Position numbers and translations under genes: made by a program
Notes under the pieces: model-generated
Database searches by the model: none
Seen by the model: only the letters and a program-made list of their open reading frames with translations
What the model was told of the DNA's origin: nothing
Assembly: GCA_020632415.1 (NCBI GenBank)
Contig: JACKFO010000002.1
Span: forward strand, 23,244-87,243
Direction of reading: 5' to 3'
DNA from: Candidatus Nomurabacteria bacterium
GTDB taxonomy: Bacteria > Patescibacteriota > Patescibacteriia > UBA1558 > GWA2-36-10
DNA length: 64,000 bases
Part shown: one piece after another, positions 18,227 through 29,234 of the stretch
Numbering within the stretch: the first letter of the stretch is position 1
Layout of the letters: each line of letters opens with the position of its first letter

Positions 18227-19273
18227 ATGCCGGACTTAAGAAGAGTGTCTATTTCGACAGGCACGATTATCCAAACCATTATTATTTTACTGGTTTTGGG
18301 ATTTTTATTTTTAATTAAAGATGTTTTAGCCTTGCTTTTTGTAGCAGTCATTCTTTCAGCGGCTTTTGATCCCTTGGTTGATTGGTTACAAAAAAAGAGA
18401 ATTCCTCGTGCTTTGAGCATTTTGGGCGTTTACATTATTTTTCTTTCTTTGGTTGCTGGTGCAATTTTCTTACTTTCTGGTCCAGTCGTTCAGCAAATCA
18501 AAGATGTTTCTCGTGACGCTAATACCGCAGAGTTTTATCACAAAATAGAAGATGGTTTGAAAAATATCAATCAATTTAGCTTAGGAAGTCAAAGTGCTAA
18601 TGGTGCTAGTGGATTTTCAGTGATTACTGATAGCTTGTCAAAGGCAACTAATGGCGTCTTTAGTTTCATTGTTTCTTTATTTGGGGGTGTGATTTCTTTC
18701 TTTATTATTTTGGTGATCACTTTCTACTTAGTTGTTGAAGAGGATGGCATGAAACGTTTTATCAAGACTTTGACTCCGATCAAACATCAGCCTTATGTCA
18801 TGCAGCTGATTAATCGTATTCAACAAAGAATGGGTTATTGGTTACGTGGTCAGTTAATCTTATCATTAATTGTTTTTTCTTTAGTTTATTTAGGCTTGAG
18901 TATTTTAGGGATTAAATATGCCTTGATTTTGGCTCTTATTGCTGGTTTGTTTGAAATTATTCCTTATTTAGGTCCGTTAATGTCAGCCATTCCTGCGGTT
19001 TTCTTTGCCTTTGCCCAAGGTCCAACTAGAGCAATCATGGTTGTTGGTTTATACTTTTTGATTCAGCAAGCGGAAAATCATTTGATCGTGCCAAAGGTCA
19101 TGGGAAAAAGCGTTGGCTTAAATCCAATTGTCGTGATCTTGAGTATTTTAGTTGGTGCTCGTTTAGGCGGGGCAGTTGGAGCGATCTTGGCTATTCCAGT
19201 TGCCACGGCCATCGCAGTTTATGTTGAAGACTTAGTAGAAGATAAATCGAAAGCAGATAATAAATTAGAATAA
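18227..19273 (+). CDS. AI-2E family transporter (UPF0118/PerM-like)
   Basis: ~8 TM helices with the conserved family topology; 348 aa. Confidence 0.7.
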   Translation: MPDLRRVSISTGTIIQTIIILLVLGFLFLIKDVLALLFVAVILSAAFDPLVDWLQKKRIPRALSILGVYIIFLSLVAGAIFLLSGPVVQQIKDVSRDANTAEFYHKIEDGLKNINQFSLGSQSANGASGFSVITDSLSKATNGVFSFIVSLFGGVISFFIILVITFYLVVEEDGMKRFIKTLTPIKHQPYVMQLINRIQQRMGYWLRGQLILSLIVFSLVYLGLSILGIKYALILALIAGLFEIIPYLGPLMSAIPAVFFAFAQGPTRAIMVVGLYFLIQQAENHLIVPKVMGKSVGLNPIVVILSILVGARLGGAVGAILAIPVATAIAVYVEDLVEDKSKADNKLE

Positions 19274-19938
19274 TGTCTACTCTTTATTTAGTTGCCACAC
19301 CGATTGGAAATTTAGAAGATTTCACCTATCGAGCTGAAAATACTTTAAATCAAGTAGATGCTATTTTAGCTGAAGATAAAAGAGTAAGCAGTAAATTACT
19401 TAGCCATTACAAAATTAAAAAGCCTTTGCTAGTTTGGCAACAACACAGCAAAGAAAGTGATTGGCAGAGAATTAAAAGTTTACTAGCGGAAGATAAAAAT
19501 TTAGCCTTAGTTACTGATGCTGGAACACCTGGTGTTTCTGACCCTGGTGGACAGTTAATCGCCAAGGTTCTAGAAGAGTTTCCAGAAGTCGATATTGTGC
19601 CAATTCCTGGTGCTTCTGCTTTGACTGCTTTAATGTCTGTTGCTGGCATTGCTTTGGATAAATTTTTATTCTTAGGTTTCTTACCACATAAAAAAGGCAG
19701 ACAAACAATGCTTTTGGAAATCAAAGAGTCAAAAATTCCCGTGATTTTTTTTGAATCAGTACATCGAATTTTGAAGACTCTAGACGCCTTGGTAGATTGT
19801 GATAAACAAATTATCTTAGGCAGGGAACTAACAAAGCAATTCGAAACAATTTATCGTGGAACAGCTAAAGAAATTAAAGAAGTTTTAGAAAAAAATCCTG
19901 GGCAAGTAAAAGGAGAATTTGTCTTAATAGTAAAATAA
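19273..19938 (+). CDS. rsmI: 16S rRNA (cytidine1402-2'-O)-methyltransferase RsmI
   Basis: Tetrapyrrole-methylase fold (LYLVATPIGNLEDFTYRA...DAGTPGVSDPG); start overlaps the upstream stop (TAATG). Confidence 0.85.
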   Translation: MSTLYLVATPIGNLEDFTYRAENTLNQVDAILAEDKRVSSKLLSHYKIKKPLLVWQQHSKESDWQRIKSLLAEDKNLALVTDAGTPGVSDPGGQLIAKVLEEFPEVDIVPIPGASALTALMSVAGIALDKFLFLGFLPHKKGRQTMLLEIKESKIPVIFFESVHRILKTLDALVDCDKQIILGRELTKQFETIYRGTAKEIKEVLEKNPGQVKGEFVLIVK

Positions 19939-19943
19939 AATAT

Positions 19944-20156
19944 ATGGACTTAAAAACAACAATTTACATTTTAAATGTAGTGTTAGCGCTAGGAACAATT
20001 TATGCTTGGTATCAATTTGCTAAAGTAGTGATGAATAAGTGTGATACTTGTTCTGTTGGCTTGCATCAAAATCCTTTCAAATCAAAATGTTTTGTCGGAG
20101 CAGTTTTCTTTTCCTTGGCTTTTGTTTTTGCTTTATACGCTTTAATTATTTTATAA
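19944..20156 (+). CDS. small two-TM membrane protein
   Basis: 70 aa with two hydrophobic helices; no recognised domain. Confidence 0.4.
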   Translation: MDLKTTIYILNVVLALGTIYAWYQFAKVVMNKCDTCSVGLHQNPFKSKCFVGAVFFSLAFVFALYALIIL

Positions 20157-20165
20157 ATTTTATTT

Positions 20166-20825
20166 ATGTCTTTTGAAAATCCTCAAACAATAGAAGATCA
20201 AAAAGAAGAAATTAATATTGAAGAGCTTTTGAAAAAATACAATTTAAAATTAGCCAGCGAACCAAGACCAACTGTTTTGCCAGTTGATGGCCCGACACCA
20301 AAATTTTCTCGACAAAGAACTATGGACGGCGCTTTGAATGCTTTGGCTAATGCCTATCAAAAAGTCACTGATCATCCATCGAAAAAACGTTGGCATTGGG
20401 GAGAAAAAATTGAAGACGCAAAAGAACAACCAACTATATTTCAAGAGTTACAGCGTTTTCTGGTTGGTAAGAAAATCATTTTTGTTGAAAAACCAGACCC
20501 AGAAATATTAAGACAAGCAGAAGAGGAAACTGGTGAGGTGGCTATATTTACTTGGCCTGGTCAAAGCTTATTAGAACTTTCTGAGCAGATTGATCATTTG
20601 ATTTTAAAGGAAGAACAAAGAGTTACTGTTGAAGAAGGGGCTGCTGAAAAGCATCGAGGAGTTACTTGGGATTTTCAGGGGGAGCCAATTATGTACTCTA
20701 GTTTTTGGCAAGAAAAACAAGTGATGAAAGCTAGGGGACTTGATTTGTTATCTGGAACAATTGAGTCAAGATTTGATAATCAAGGTGATGTAGAGAAAAT
20801 GCCAACTTATGCAGATACTTTATAG
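20166..20825 (+). CDS. hypothetical protein
   Basis: 219-aa acidic soluble protein; no domain recognised. Confidence 0.45.
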   Translation: MSFENPQTIEDQKEEINIEELLKKYNLKLASEPRPTVLPVDGPTPKFSRQRTMDGALNALANAYQKVTDHPSKKRWHWGEKIEDAKEQPTIFQELQRFLVGKKIIFVEKPDPEILRQAEEETGEVAIFTWPGQSLLELSEQIDHLILKEEQRVTVEEGAAEKHRGVTWDFQGEPIMYSSFWQEKQVMKARGLDLLSGTIESRFDNQGDVEKMPTYADTL

Positions 20826-20829
20826 TTTT

Positions 20830-22314
20830 ATGGAAAATTTGAAAAAATATTATATTACAACTCCTATTTATTATGTAAACGACCAACCACACATTGGCCA
20901 TGCTTATACAACTATTGTTGCTGATGTTTTGGCTCGTTTTTATCGTGAAAAAATTGGCACTGAGAATGTTTATTTTTTGACTGGTACCGATGAGCATGGC
21001 GCGAAGATTGCTGAAAGCGCAGCAAAAGCAGGAATTGATCCGCAAAAATTTACAGACATGGTCAGTCAAAAGTTTCAAGTCACTTGGCAAAATTTAGACA
21101 TTGCTTATGATCAGTTTATTCGCACCACAGATATTCAGCATCAAAAAATTGTTCAAGATATTCTATTAAAATTAAAAGAAGCAAAAACTCCTCAAGGACA
21201 AGATGTTATTTATCAGGCAGAGTATCAAGGTCTTTACTGTGTAGGTTGCGAAAAATTTATTTTAGAAAGTGAATTGGTCGAAGGACTTTGTCCGGATCAT
21301 CACAAAAAGCCAGAACAACTAGCTGAACAAAACTGGTTTTTTCGCTTGCAGGATTATTTGGAGATTATCGCTCAAAAGATTAAGAGCGAAGAATTAAAAA
21401 TTTATCCAGACTCTCGTAAAAATGAAGTTTTAGGTTTGTTAGAAAAACAAAATTTACCAGATTTTTCTATTTCTCGTTCCAAAAAATCTGTGCCTTGGGG
21501 GATTGATTTGCCTTGGGATGAGACGCAAAAAGCTTATGTCTGGGTTGATGCCTTATCAAATTATATTACGGCTTTAGATTATCCTGATGGTGAAAAATTT
21601 CAAAAATTTTGGCCAGCTGATTGTCAATTAATGGCTTTAGATATCTTGAAATTTCATGCGCTCTATTGGCCGGCAATTTTACTTGCTTTGGATTTGCCCT
21701 TACCAAAACAGCTAAATATCCATGGTTTTTTTACAATCAATGGTCAAAAAATGTCCAAAACTTTAGGCAACGTTATTGACCCAAATGAATTAGTAAAAAT
21801 TTATGGTGCAGAAAGTACTAAGTATTTGATTTTGTCTCAGTTTTCTTTTGGCGCAGAATCGGACATTAAAGTAGAGGATTTTCCTGCCAAGTACAACGCG
21901 GACTTAGTTAATGGCTTAGGAAATTTAGTCAATCGAGTGACTAATATGATCGAGCAGTATTTAGGTGGAGAAATAAATTTAAAAGCGGAGTTGGAAACTG
22001 AATTTTTACAGGATTTAGAAATAGATCTTCAGAGTTTAAAGTTTAGAGATGCTTTGTTGAAAATTTGGGATTTAATCCAAGAGGCAAATATTTTTGTTGA
22101 TCAAAATAAACCTTGGCTTTTAAGTAAATCAGAAAAAAAAGAAGACCAAGAAAAATTAAAAATAGTTTTAGAAAAATTATTTTCAAAACTTTATAATATA
22201 GCTCAAGCCTTAAAACCTTTTATGCCAGAAAAATCTCAAGAAATTTTAGCTATTCTATCAGCTGATAAGATTCAAAAACCAAGTGAACCTTTGTTTAAAA
22301 GATTAGAAAATTAG
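20830..22314 (+). CDS. metG: methionyl-tRNA synthetase
   Basis: HIGH (PHIGHAYT) and KMSKT motifs, CxxC...CPDHH knuckle. ATG at 20830 (MENLKKYYITTPIYY) is preferred over the track's 20809, which would overlap the upstream gene. Confidence 0.9.
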   Translation: MENLKKYYITTPIYYVNDQPHIGHAYTTIVADVLARFYREKIGTENVYFLTGTDEHGAKIAESAAKAGIDPQKFTDMVSQKFQVTWQNLDIAYDQFIRTTDIQHQKIVQDILLKLKEAKTPQGQDVIYQAEYQGLYCVGCEKFILESELVEGLCPDHHKKPEQLAEQNWFFRLQDYLEIIAQKIKSEELKIYPDSRKNEVLGLLEKQNLPDFSISRSKKSVPWGIDLPWDETQKAYVWVDALSNYITALDYPDGEKFQKFWPADCQLMALDILKFHALYWPAILLALDLPLPKQLNIHGFFTINGQKMSKTLGNVIDPNELVKIYGAESTKYLILSQFSFGAESDIKVEDFPAKYNADLVNGLGNLVNRVTNMIEQYLGGEINLKAELETEFLQDLEIDLQSLKFRDALLKIWDLIQEANIFVDQNKPWLLSKSEKKEDQEKLKIVLEKLFSKLYNIAQALKPFMPEKSQEILAILSADKIQKPSEPLFKRLEN

Positions 22315-22454
22315 ATTAATCATATGAAAAGAAAAGCCATTTTATTAATTTTAATTTTAAGCATCTTTACTCTTTCTGCCTGTAGTTTGCGACCAGTAGA
22401 AGAAACAGGCGCTTTTGATGCGGTTTTATTAAACTAAAATAAAAAACTAAAAAT

Positions 22455-22961
22455 ATGAATTGGTTAGACATTATTATCGTGGTCCTTGTTTTATTTTTTG
22501 TCTTCAAAGGTTTTCGCGCTGGTTTAGTCGGGGCGATTGGCGGTTTTTTGGGAATTATTTTAGGTATTTGGGCAGGCTCACATTTCATGTCAAACTGGGC
22601 CGCTTGGATTATGTCGTCTTTTAATCTTGAAAATCAGCCCTTGGCAAATATTTTGGCTTTTGTAGGAATTTTTGTGGCAATTAATTTGGTGATTAGCATT
22701 GGGGTTTGGATTGTCAACAAAATTTTTCATATAATTCCTTTTATTAATCTAGCTAATAAACTATTAGGAGCTTTAATTGGTTTTATCGGAGGAGTATTAG
22801 CAGTCTCAGCTTTAGTTTACTTGTTGTCTTTGTTTCCTTTTTCTCAGAGTATCAATGACGTTTTGATTAGTTCTCAGTTTGCTGATTGGGCAGTAAAAAT
22901 TGCGATTGTTGTGAAGCCTTTGATTCCCGAGGCGATTAAAAGTTTAAAATCTATTGTTTAA
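22455..22961 (+). CDS. CvpA-family membrane protein
   Basis: N-terminus MNWLDIIIVVLVLFFVFKGFRAG, 4 TM helices. Confidence 0.65.
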   Translation: MNWLDIIIVVLVLFFVFKGFRAGLVGAIGGFLGIILGIWAGSHFMSNWAAWIMSSFNLENQPLANILAFVGIFVAINLVISIGVWIVNKIFHIIPFINLANKLLGALIGFIGGVLAVSALVYLLSLFPFSQSINDVLISSQFADWAVKIAIVVKPLIPEAIKSLKSIV

Positions 22962-22964
22962 AAA

Positions 22965-23780
22965 ATGTTATTTGACTCACATACTCATTTAAATTTTCAA
23001 GCTTACGATGAAGATCGAGAAGAAGTGATAAAACGCTGCCTTGATTTTCCAATGAGCTTAGTCAACATTGGCGCAGCTTTCGCCACAAGTCTCAAGGCTG
23101 TAGAATTGGCAAAAAATAATCAGAATTTTTACGCGGCCTTAGGTTTGCATCCGATTCATGTTTTTGATGAAGAATTTAAGATAACCGATTATCAAAAATT
23201 AATCACTGCCAATTCGGAAAAAGTTGTTGCTATGGGAGAAAGTGGTTTGGATTATTATCATTTTAATGAAGTTGAAGAAAAATATGGCGTTGATTTTGCT
23301 AAAATGCAGGCCAAACAACGGGAAATTTTTATTAAGCATATCCAGCTTGCCAAAGATAATAATCTAGCCTTAGTTGTCCATGGCAGAAATGATCAAGAAA
23401 GCAAACTCAATGTTTATCAAGATATTTTTAATGTTTTAGTCGAACAAAAAGTAGAGCGAGCAGTTATTCATTGTTTTGGTGGTTCTTTAGAAGAAGCTAA
23501 GAAATTTGTTGACAAGGGTTTTTATTTAGGCTTTACTGGAATTATTACCTTTGATAAAACTGGCGTTTTAGAAAGCATTATCAAAATAATGCCGAGGGAT
23601 AAAATTTTGATTGAAACTGACGCTCCTTATTTGACTCCGGTGCCAAATAGAGGAAAGCGCAATGAGCCGGTCTATGTCGAACATGTTGCTGTCAAAATTG
23701 CTGAAATTTTAGAAATGAGCAAAGAAGAAGTGATTGAATTGACGGGAAATAACGCTAAAAATTTGTTTAATTTAAAATAA
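22965..23780 (+). CDS. tatD: TatD-family metal-dependent DNase/hydrolase
   Basis: FDSHTHL...GESGLDYY...VVHGRN...IETDAPYL signature blocks. Confidence 0.85.
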   Translation: MLFDSHTHLNFQAYDEDREEVIKRCLDFPMSLVNIGAAFATSLKAVELAKNNQNFYAALGLHPIHVFDEEFKITDYQKLITANSEKVVAMGESGLDYYHFNEVEEKYGVDFAKMQAKQREIFIKHIQLAKDNNLALVVHGRNDQESKLNVYQDIFNVLVEQKVERAVIHCFGGSLEEAKKFVDKGFYLGFTGIITFDKTGVLESIIKIMPRDKILIETDAPYLTPVPNRGKRNEPVYVEHVAVKIAEILEMSKEEVIELTGNNAKNLFNLK

Positions 23781-23782
23781 AT

Positions 23783-24826
23783 ATGGATATTGCTTTGTTA
23801 ATAATTTTTGTTGTCGGTTTTGCAGGTGTGATTTTTTTCTTATGGAAAAATAATCAACCAAAGACAAAAGAAGAAGATAAATCAGTTTTAATGTTGCAAC
23901 AGCAGATTTCTGATTTGACCACTCAGCTAAATCAAAAATTTGATGACTCTAGTCGTCACTCTTCCAAAATGTTGCAAGATCAGTTTATGGAAACTTCTCG
24001 ACTTTCCAAAGAAGTGACCGAAAAATTACTGAAATTAGAAGAGACCAATAAGCAAGTTGTCGGCTTTACGGATCAATTACAAAATTTAGAAAAAGTTTTA
24101 TCCAATTCTAAAAATAGAGGATCTTTGGGCGAGGCTAGTTTGGAAATGATTTTATCAAACATTTTGCCACCACAAAGTTATGAAATGCAATACCATTTTA
24201 AAAATGGCGAAGCAGTAGATGCAGCGGTAAAAATCAAAGACAAAATTTTGCCAGTAGATGCTAAGTTCTCTTTGGAAAATTATCGTCGAATTATTTCTGA
24301 AACCGATGAGGAAAAGAAAAAGGTTTTGGAAAAAGAATTCAAAAACGATTTGAAAAAAAGAATAGATGAAACAGCGAAGTATATCAGACCGGCAGAAAAT
24401 ACTTTGGATTTTGCTTTTATGTTTATTCCAGCGGAAGGAATTTATTATGATTTGTTGATCAATGAAGTTGGCGCTGTAAAAGTAAACACCAGAAGCTTGA
24501 TTGACTATGCTTTTAATGAACGAAAAGTAATCATCGTTTCCCCAACTACCTTTGCTGCTTATTTGCAAACTGTTTTACAAGGCTTACGAGCTTTGCAGAT
24601 CGAGGAGTCAGCTAAGGAAATTCGTTCTAACGTAGAAAAATTACAAAAACACATGTCGGCTTTTGCTCAGTTTCAACAAAAATTAGGCTCTCAATTGGGC
24701 ACGGTGGTGAATACTTATAACATTAGCAACAAAGAATTTAAAAAAATTGATAAAGATATTTTGAAAGTTAGTGGCCAAGGAGGGGAAATCGAGCTTGAAG
24801 ATTTAGACCGTCCACGCTTAGAATAA
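23783..24826 (+). CDS. rmuC: DNA recombination protein RmuC
   Basis: N-terminal TM helix and coiled coil, then the C-terminal RmuC nuclease-like region. Confidence 0.75.
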   Translation: MDIALLIIFVVGFAGVIFFLWKNNQPKTKEEDKSVLMLQQQISDLTTQLNQKFDDSSRHSSKMLQDQFMETSRLSKEVTEKLLKLEETNKQVVGFTDQLQNLEKVLSNSKNRGSLGEASLEMILSNILPPQSYEMQYHFKNGEAVDAAVKIKDKILPVDAKFSLENYRRIISETDEEKKKVLEKEFKNDLKKRIDETAKYIRPAENTLDFAFMFIPAEGIYYDLLINEVGAVKVNTRSLIDYAFNERKVIIVSPTTFAAYLQTVLQGLRALQIEESAKEIRSNVEKLQKHMSAFAQFQQKLGSQLGTVVNTYNISNKEFKKIDKDILKVSGQGGEIELEDLDRPRLE

Positions 24827-24869
24827 GCTAATCTTAGCTGAAAATAAGCCAAAATAACAAAAAAACATC

Positions 24870-24898
24870 TTGACTTATAGCTAGTTTTGGTATATACT
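24870..24898 (+). promoter_or_regulatory. sigma70-like promoter of the ATP synthase operon (TTGACT-N17-TATACT)
   Basis: Near-consensus hexamers with a 17-nt spacer, upstream of the small membrane ORF/atpI. Confidence 0.5.
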
Positions 24899-24925
24899 GT
24901 CAGCGTCTTGAATTTTTAAGAATTT

Positions 24926-25207
24926 ATGTCTAAAAAAAGAAAGTCGCCGGTCAGTTTTTTTATCCTTCGTTTATTAAGCATTGTTGCTTTTTTTGTTCTG
25001 CTTAGTTTATATGGCTGTCGTTTGAATTTTTTCAGCACTATTTGTCAGGAGCATCTTTGGTTTAAAGTTGTTCTGATTATTTTAGCAATTATTGTTGCTT
25101 TATTAAGTTTATTTTTAGTGATCAGAGCAGAGATCAATGGCTTACTTGGTACTTATTCTGATGATTTGGCCAAGATTGGTAAGGCCGATGATTTGAAAGA
25201 AGAATAA
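24926..25207 (+). CDS. small membrane protein preceding the atp operon
   Basis: Two TM helices, 93 aa. Confidence 0.4.
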   Translation: MSKKRKSPVSFFILRLLSIVAFFVLLSLYGCRLNFFSTICQEHLWFKVVLIILAIIVALLSLFLVIRAEINGLLGTYSDDLAKIGKADDLKEE

Positions 25208-25208
25208 T

Positions 25209-25514
25209 ATGTCATTTTTTTCCAAAGACAATAAACAAGAAGATAAAGAATTAATGCGCTTAGGTTTGACAGCTTTTGCTGAGATGAGTGGTTGGATTGC
25301 TTTTCCGATTATCGGTGCTTTATTCTTGGGACGTTTTTTAGATCAAAAATACGAAACAGGATATTTATATTTTTTAAGTTTAACCGCTCTAGCCTTTATT
25401 ATTTCTATGATTGGCATTGGCTTGGTCGGTATGAAATATTTGAAGCAAATCAACAAGGAAGATAAATTACAAAAAGAAAGTAAAGAAGATAAAATCAATG
25501 ACAGTAGAAGATAA
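25209..25514 (+). CDS. AtpI/AtpZ-like ATP synthase-associated membrane protein
   Basis: Position immediately upstream of atpB; two TM helices (LGLTAFAEMSGWIAFPIIGALFLGRFLD). Confidence 0.5.
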   Translation: MSFFSKDNKQEDKELMRLGLTAFAEMSGWIAFPIIGALFLGRFLDQKYETGYLYFLSLTALAFIISMIGIGLVGMKYLKQINKEDKLQKESKEDKINDSRR

Positions 25515-26382
25515 TAGTCATCAGTCAGAACAAAATATCGAAAATCAAGAAGCTGTTCATCAAACAGATGCGCAAGCAGAACATTTAACTGAGACCGAAC
25601 ATGAAGAGTCTCACGAGATAACTTTGTATGCCGAGCCGATTGCCCATATCGGAAATTTTCCGGTAACTAATTCTTTAGTTACTTCTTGGGTAGCGGTTTT
25701 TTTAATTATTATTTTATCAATTGTCATTCGTAAAAAAACCAAAAGAATCCCTGCAATTTTTCAAAGTGCTATTGAAATAGTGATTGAAGGTGCTTTAGAT
25801 ATGATGGATTTGGTTACCAATGATCGTCAGAAGAGTAAAAAAGCTTTTCCGATTGTTTTTTCAATTTTTGTTTTTATTTTGATTAACAATTGGCTCGGGC
25901 TTGTTCCGGGTATTGGCACGATTAGCTTTAATGGGCATCATATTTTCCGTGGCGGAACAGCTGATCTAAATGCCACTTTAGCCTTGGGTTTGTTTTCTGT
26001 AATTGCTGCTAATATTTTTGGTATTTTGTCTGTTGGTTTTTGGGATTATTTTAATAAATTTATCAACATCAAAGCGCTTTTAGAAATTCCTAAGAAAATT
26101 AGAAAAGAACCAACGATTATTTTGGTTAATCCAATTACTTTTTTTGTGGGCTTGATTGAGATTATTTCTGAGTTTGCTAAAGTTGCTTCTTTGTCATTTC
26201 GTTTGTTTGGCAACGTCTTTGCTGGAGAAGTATTGCTCGCGTCAATTTCGGCTATGGTTGCCTGGGGCGTTCCTTTGCCATTTATGTTTTTGGAGCTAAT
26301 CGTCGGAGTTATTCAGGCTTTGATTTTTGCCATTTTAACTTTAGTTTATTTCACTATCGCTTCAACTAGTCACGAACACTAA
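25498..26382 (+). CDS. atpB: F0F1 ATP synthase subunit a
   Basis: Conserved Arg helix (...SLSFRLFGNVFAGEVLL...); acidic N-terminal extension. Confidence 0.85.
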   Translation: MTVEDNSHQSEQNIENQEAVHQTDAQAEHLTETEHEESHEITLYAEPIAHIGNFPVTNSLVTSWVAVFLIIILSIVIRKKTKRIPAIFQSAIEIVIEGALDMMDLVTNDRQKSKKAFPIVFSIFVFILINNWLGLVPGIGTISFNGHHIFRGGTADLNATLALGLFSVIAANIFGILSVGFWDYFNKFINIKALLEIPKKIRKEPTIILVNPITFFVGLIEIISEFAKVASLSFRLFGNVFAGEVLLASISAMVAWGVPLPFMFLELIVGVIQALIFAILTLVYFTIASTSHEH

Positions 26383-26484
26383 TTTTTAATACTTGATAGT
26401 TGCTGACTGAAAAATTATTTTTAGTCACTAATTATTAAGATCAGTAATCTAACGACTAAAAACAAATAAAAAAATAAAGTCTAA

Positions 26485-26724
<240 letters not shown>

Positions 26725-26789
26725 TTTGATTGTTTTTTCTGTTCCGCTTTTCAGTGGAACAGTCTAAAGCAATTAAAAAATAATATTTT

Positions 26790-27293
26790 ATGGAAATTTT
26801 AGATTTATTTGGAGTTAATTGGAAATTGATGCTAGCACAGCTTGTAAACTTTGCTATTGTTGTTTTTGTTTTATGGCGCTTTGCAATCAAACCTTTGATG
26901 AAAGTAATGGAAGAAAGAAACAAAGAAATTTCTCAAGGCTTGGAAGATGCAAATTCTGCTGCTGAAAAATTACAGAACACTGAAAAAGAAGTCAAAGCTC
27001 AGTTAAATGAAGCTAAGCAAGAAGCAATGAGTATTTTAGAAAAAGGACACAAACAAGCCGAAGCTGACAGACAAACAAGCATTGATCAAACCAAGGAGGA
27101 TGTGAAGCAAATCGTTGAAAAAGCCAAAGATCAAATTTCTGCTGAAAAAACAAAGATGGTTCAAGAAGTAAAAAAAGAAGCAGCAGCTTTGATTACCGAA
27201 AGTTTGAATAAAATTTTACTTGATGGTTTGAGTAAAGAAGTTGATCAGAAATATATTAAAAAAAGTTTAGCAGAACTGGAAAATGAAAAATAA
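26790..27293 (+). CDS. atpF: ATP synthase subunit b
   Basis: Single N-terminal TM helix plus a long charged helix. Confidence 0.8.
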   Translation: MEILDLFGVNWKLMLAQLVNFAIVVFVLWRFAIKPLMKVMEERNKEISQGLEDANSAAEKLQNTEKEVKAQLNEAKQEAMSILEKGHKQAEADRQTSIDQTKEDVKQIVEKAKDQISAEKTKMVQEVKKEAAALITESLNKILLDGLSKEVDQKYIKKSLAELENEK

Positions 27294-27690
27294 GAATTCT
27301 CAAGCAAACATTTTAGCTCAGAGCATTTATCAGGCAATTGAAGAGGCTAAAGGTAAAAAAACAGAGCAAGTAGTTGATAACTTTCTTGTTTATTTGCGCG
27401 AGCATCATTTATTAAATCTTTTGCCTCTTATTTTAGCAGAACTGAAAAATATCAGAAATCAAGAATTAGGTATCGTATCGGTCAAAGTCAAATCAGCACA
27501 TGATTTGAGTAAAGAGACGATGAAAGATTTAGAGAAATTTATTTTTAAGCGACTTGATAAAAAAGTAGAGCTAGAAATAGAAGAAGAAAAATCTTTACTT
27601 GGCGGTGTGGTTTTATCTTTTCAAGATAAGCAAATTGATTTATCTTTGAAAAATCGCTTAAATCACTTATTTAAAAAATTATCCAATTAA
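27283..27690 (+). CDS. atpH: ATP synthase subunit delta (short)
   Basis: Operon position between b and alpha; OSCP-like C-terminus (SLLGGVVLSFQDKQIDLS). Confidence 0.7.
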   Translation: MKNKNSQANILAQSIYQAIEEAKGKKTEQVVDNFLVYLREHHLLNLLPLILAELKNIRNQELGIVSVKVKSAHDLSKETMKDLEKFIFKRLDKKVELEIEEEKSLLGGVVLSFQDKQIDLSLKNRLNHLFKKLSN

Positions 27691-27701
27691 TAAAATAAAT
27701 T

Positions 27702-29222
27702 ATGTCTTACGATTATTTGATTAAAAATTTGCAAAAACAACTAAGCGATTTTCAAAGTCAGGCTAAAGAGGAGGAGATCGGCGAGGTTATTGAGCTTGGC
27801 GATGGTATTGCTAAAGTTTCCGGTTTATCTTCAGTCATGTCTTCAGAGATGTTAGAGTTTGAAGCGGCAAACGGTGATAAAGTTTACGGCGTAGTTTTAA
27901 ACTTGGAAGAATTTTCAATTGGTGCAGTTATTTTAGGTGATTACCAAAAATTACAAGAAGGAAACATTGTCCGTCGCACCAAAAGAATTTTGGAAGTGCC
28001 GGTAGGCGAAGCTGTTTTAGGTAGAGTGTTAAATCCACTTGGACAAGCTTTGGATGGTCAAGGTGAATTAAAAACCAAAGTTTTTTATCCAGTTGAAAAA
28101 ATTGCTCCCGGCGTGATTAATCGTCAGTCAGTACATCAACCATTAGAAACTGGAATCAAAGTTATTGACTCCATTATTCCGATTGGTAAAGGACAACGTG
28201 AGTTAATCATTGGCGATCGTCAAACTGGAAAAACAGCCTTGGCAATTGATACAATTATCAATCAAAAAGGTAAAGATGTCGTTTGTATTTATGTGGCTAT
28301 TGGTCAAAAAGAATCAAAAATTGCTCGTATTGTTGCCAAGCTAGAAGAAACTGGCGCTATGGAATATACAACTGTAGTTTTAGCTGGAGCTTCTGATTCA
28401 GCGGCCTTGTCTTATATTGCTCCTTACTCAGGAACAGCAATGGGCGAATATTTTATGGATCAAGGTAAAGATGTTTTGGTGATCTACGATGATCTATCAA
28501 AACACGCCGTTGCTTATCGTCAGATTTCTTTGCTTTTACGTCGTCCTCCAGGACGTGAAGCTTATCCTGGTGATGTTTTTTATTTACATTCCAGATTACT
28601 TGAACGTTCAGCTAAGATGAGCGCTGAGTTGGGTGGTGGTTCTTTGACTGCTTTGCCAATCATCGAAACTCAGGCTGGAGACATCTCAGCTTATATTCCA
28701 ACCAATGTTATTTCGATTACTGATGGACAGATCTTTTTGGAAACAGATTTATTCTACAAAGGTGTTCGTCCAGCTTTGAATGCTGGTTTGTCAGTTTCTC
28801 GTGTTGGTTCAGCTGCTCAAATTAAAGCCATGAAAAAAGTAGCTGGTAAATTAAAATTATCTTTAGCGCAATATCGAGAATTAGAAGCTTTTGCTCAATT
28901 TGGTTCAGACTTGGATGAAAATACCAAACAACAGCTTAATCGTGGTGCTCGGATTACTGAAATTTTGAAACAAGGTCAATTTTCACCACTTTCTCAGAGT
29001 AAACAAGTAGCAATTATTTATGCTGTTTCCAATGGCTTTTGTGATCAGATTGCTTTGGAAGATATTAATAAATTTGAAAGTCAATTATTTTCTAGGTTAG
29101 AAGCAGAAGGTCAAGATTTTATTAAACACATTGAGAAAGAAGGAACCCTAACAGAAGATATTGAAGAAAAATTAAAAGCGATAATTGAAGATTTAGTGTC
29201 AACTTTTTCTAAAGTAGAATAA
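27702..29222 (+). CDS. atpA: ATP synthase subunit alpha
   Basis: GDRQTGKT P-loop; 506 aa. Confidence 0.95.
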   Translation: MSYDYLIKNLQKQLSDFQSQAKEEEIGEVIELGDGIAKVSGLSSVMSSEMLEFEAANGDKVYGVVLNLEEFSIGAVILGDYQKLQEGNIVRRTKRILEVPVGEAVLGRVLNPLGQALDGQGELKTKVFYPVEKIAPGVINRQSVHQPLETGIKVIDSIIPIGKGQRELIIGDRQTGKTALAIDTIINQKGKDVVCIYVAIGQKESKIARIVAKLEETGAMEYTTVVLAGASDSAALSYIAPYSGTAMGEYFMDQGKDVLVIYDDLSKHAVAYRQISLLLRRPPGREAYPGDVFYLHSRLLERSAKMSAELGGGSLTALPIIETQAGDISAYIPTNVISITDGQIFLETDLFYKGVRPALNAGLSVSRVGSAAQIKAMKKVAGKLKLSLAQYRELEAFAQFGSDLDENTKQQLNRGARITEILKQGQFSPLSQSKQVAIIYAVSNGFCDQIALEDINKFESQLFSRLEAEGQDFIKHIEKEGTLTEDIEEKLKAIIEDLVSTFSKVE

Positions 29223-29234
29223 TCAAAATTAATT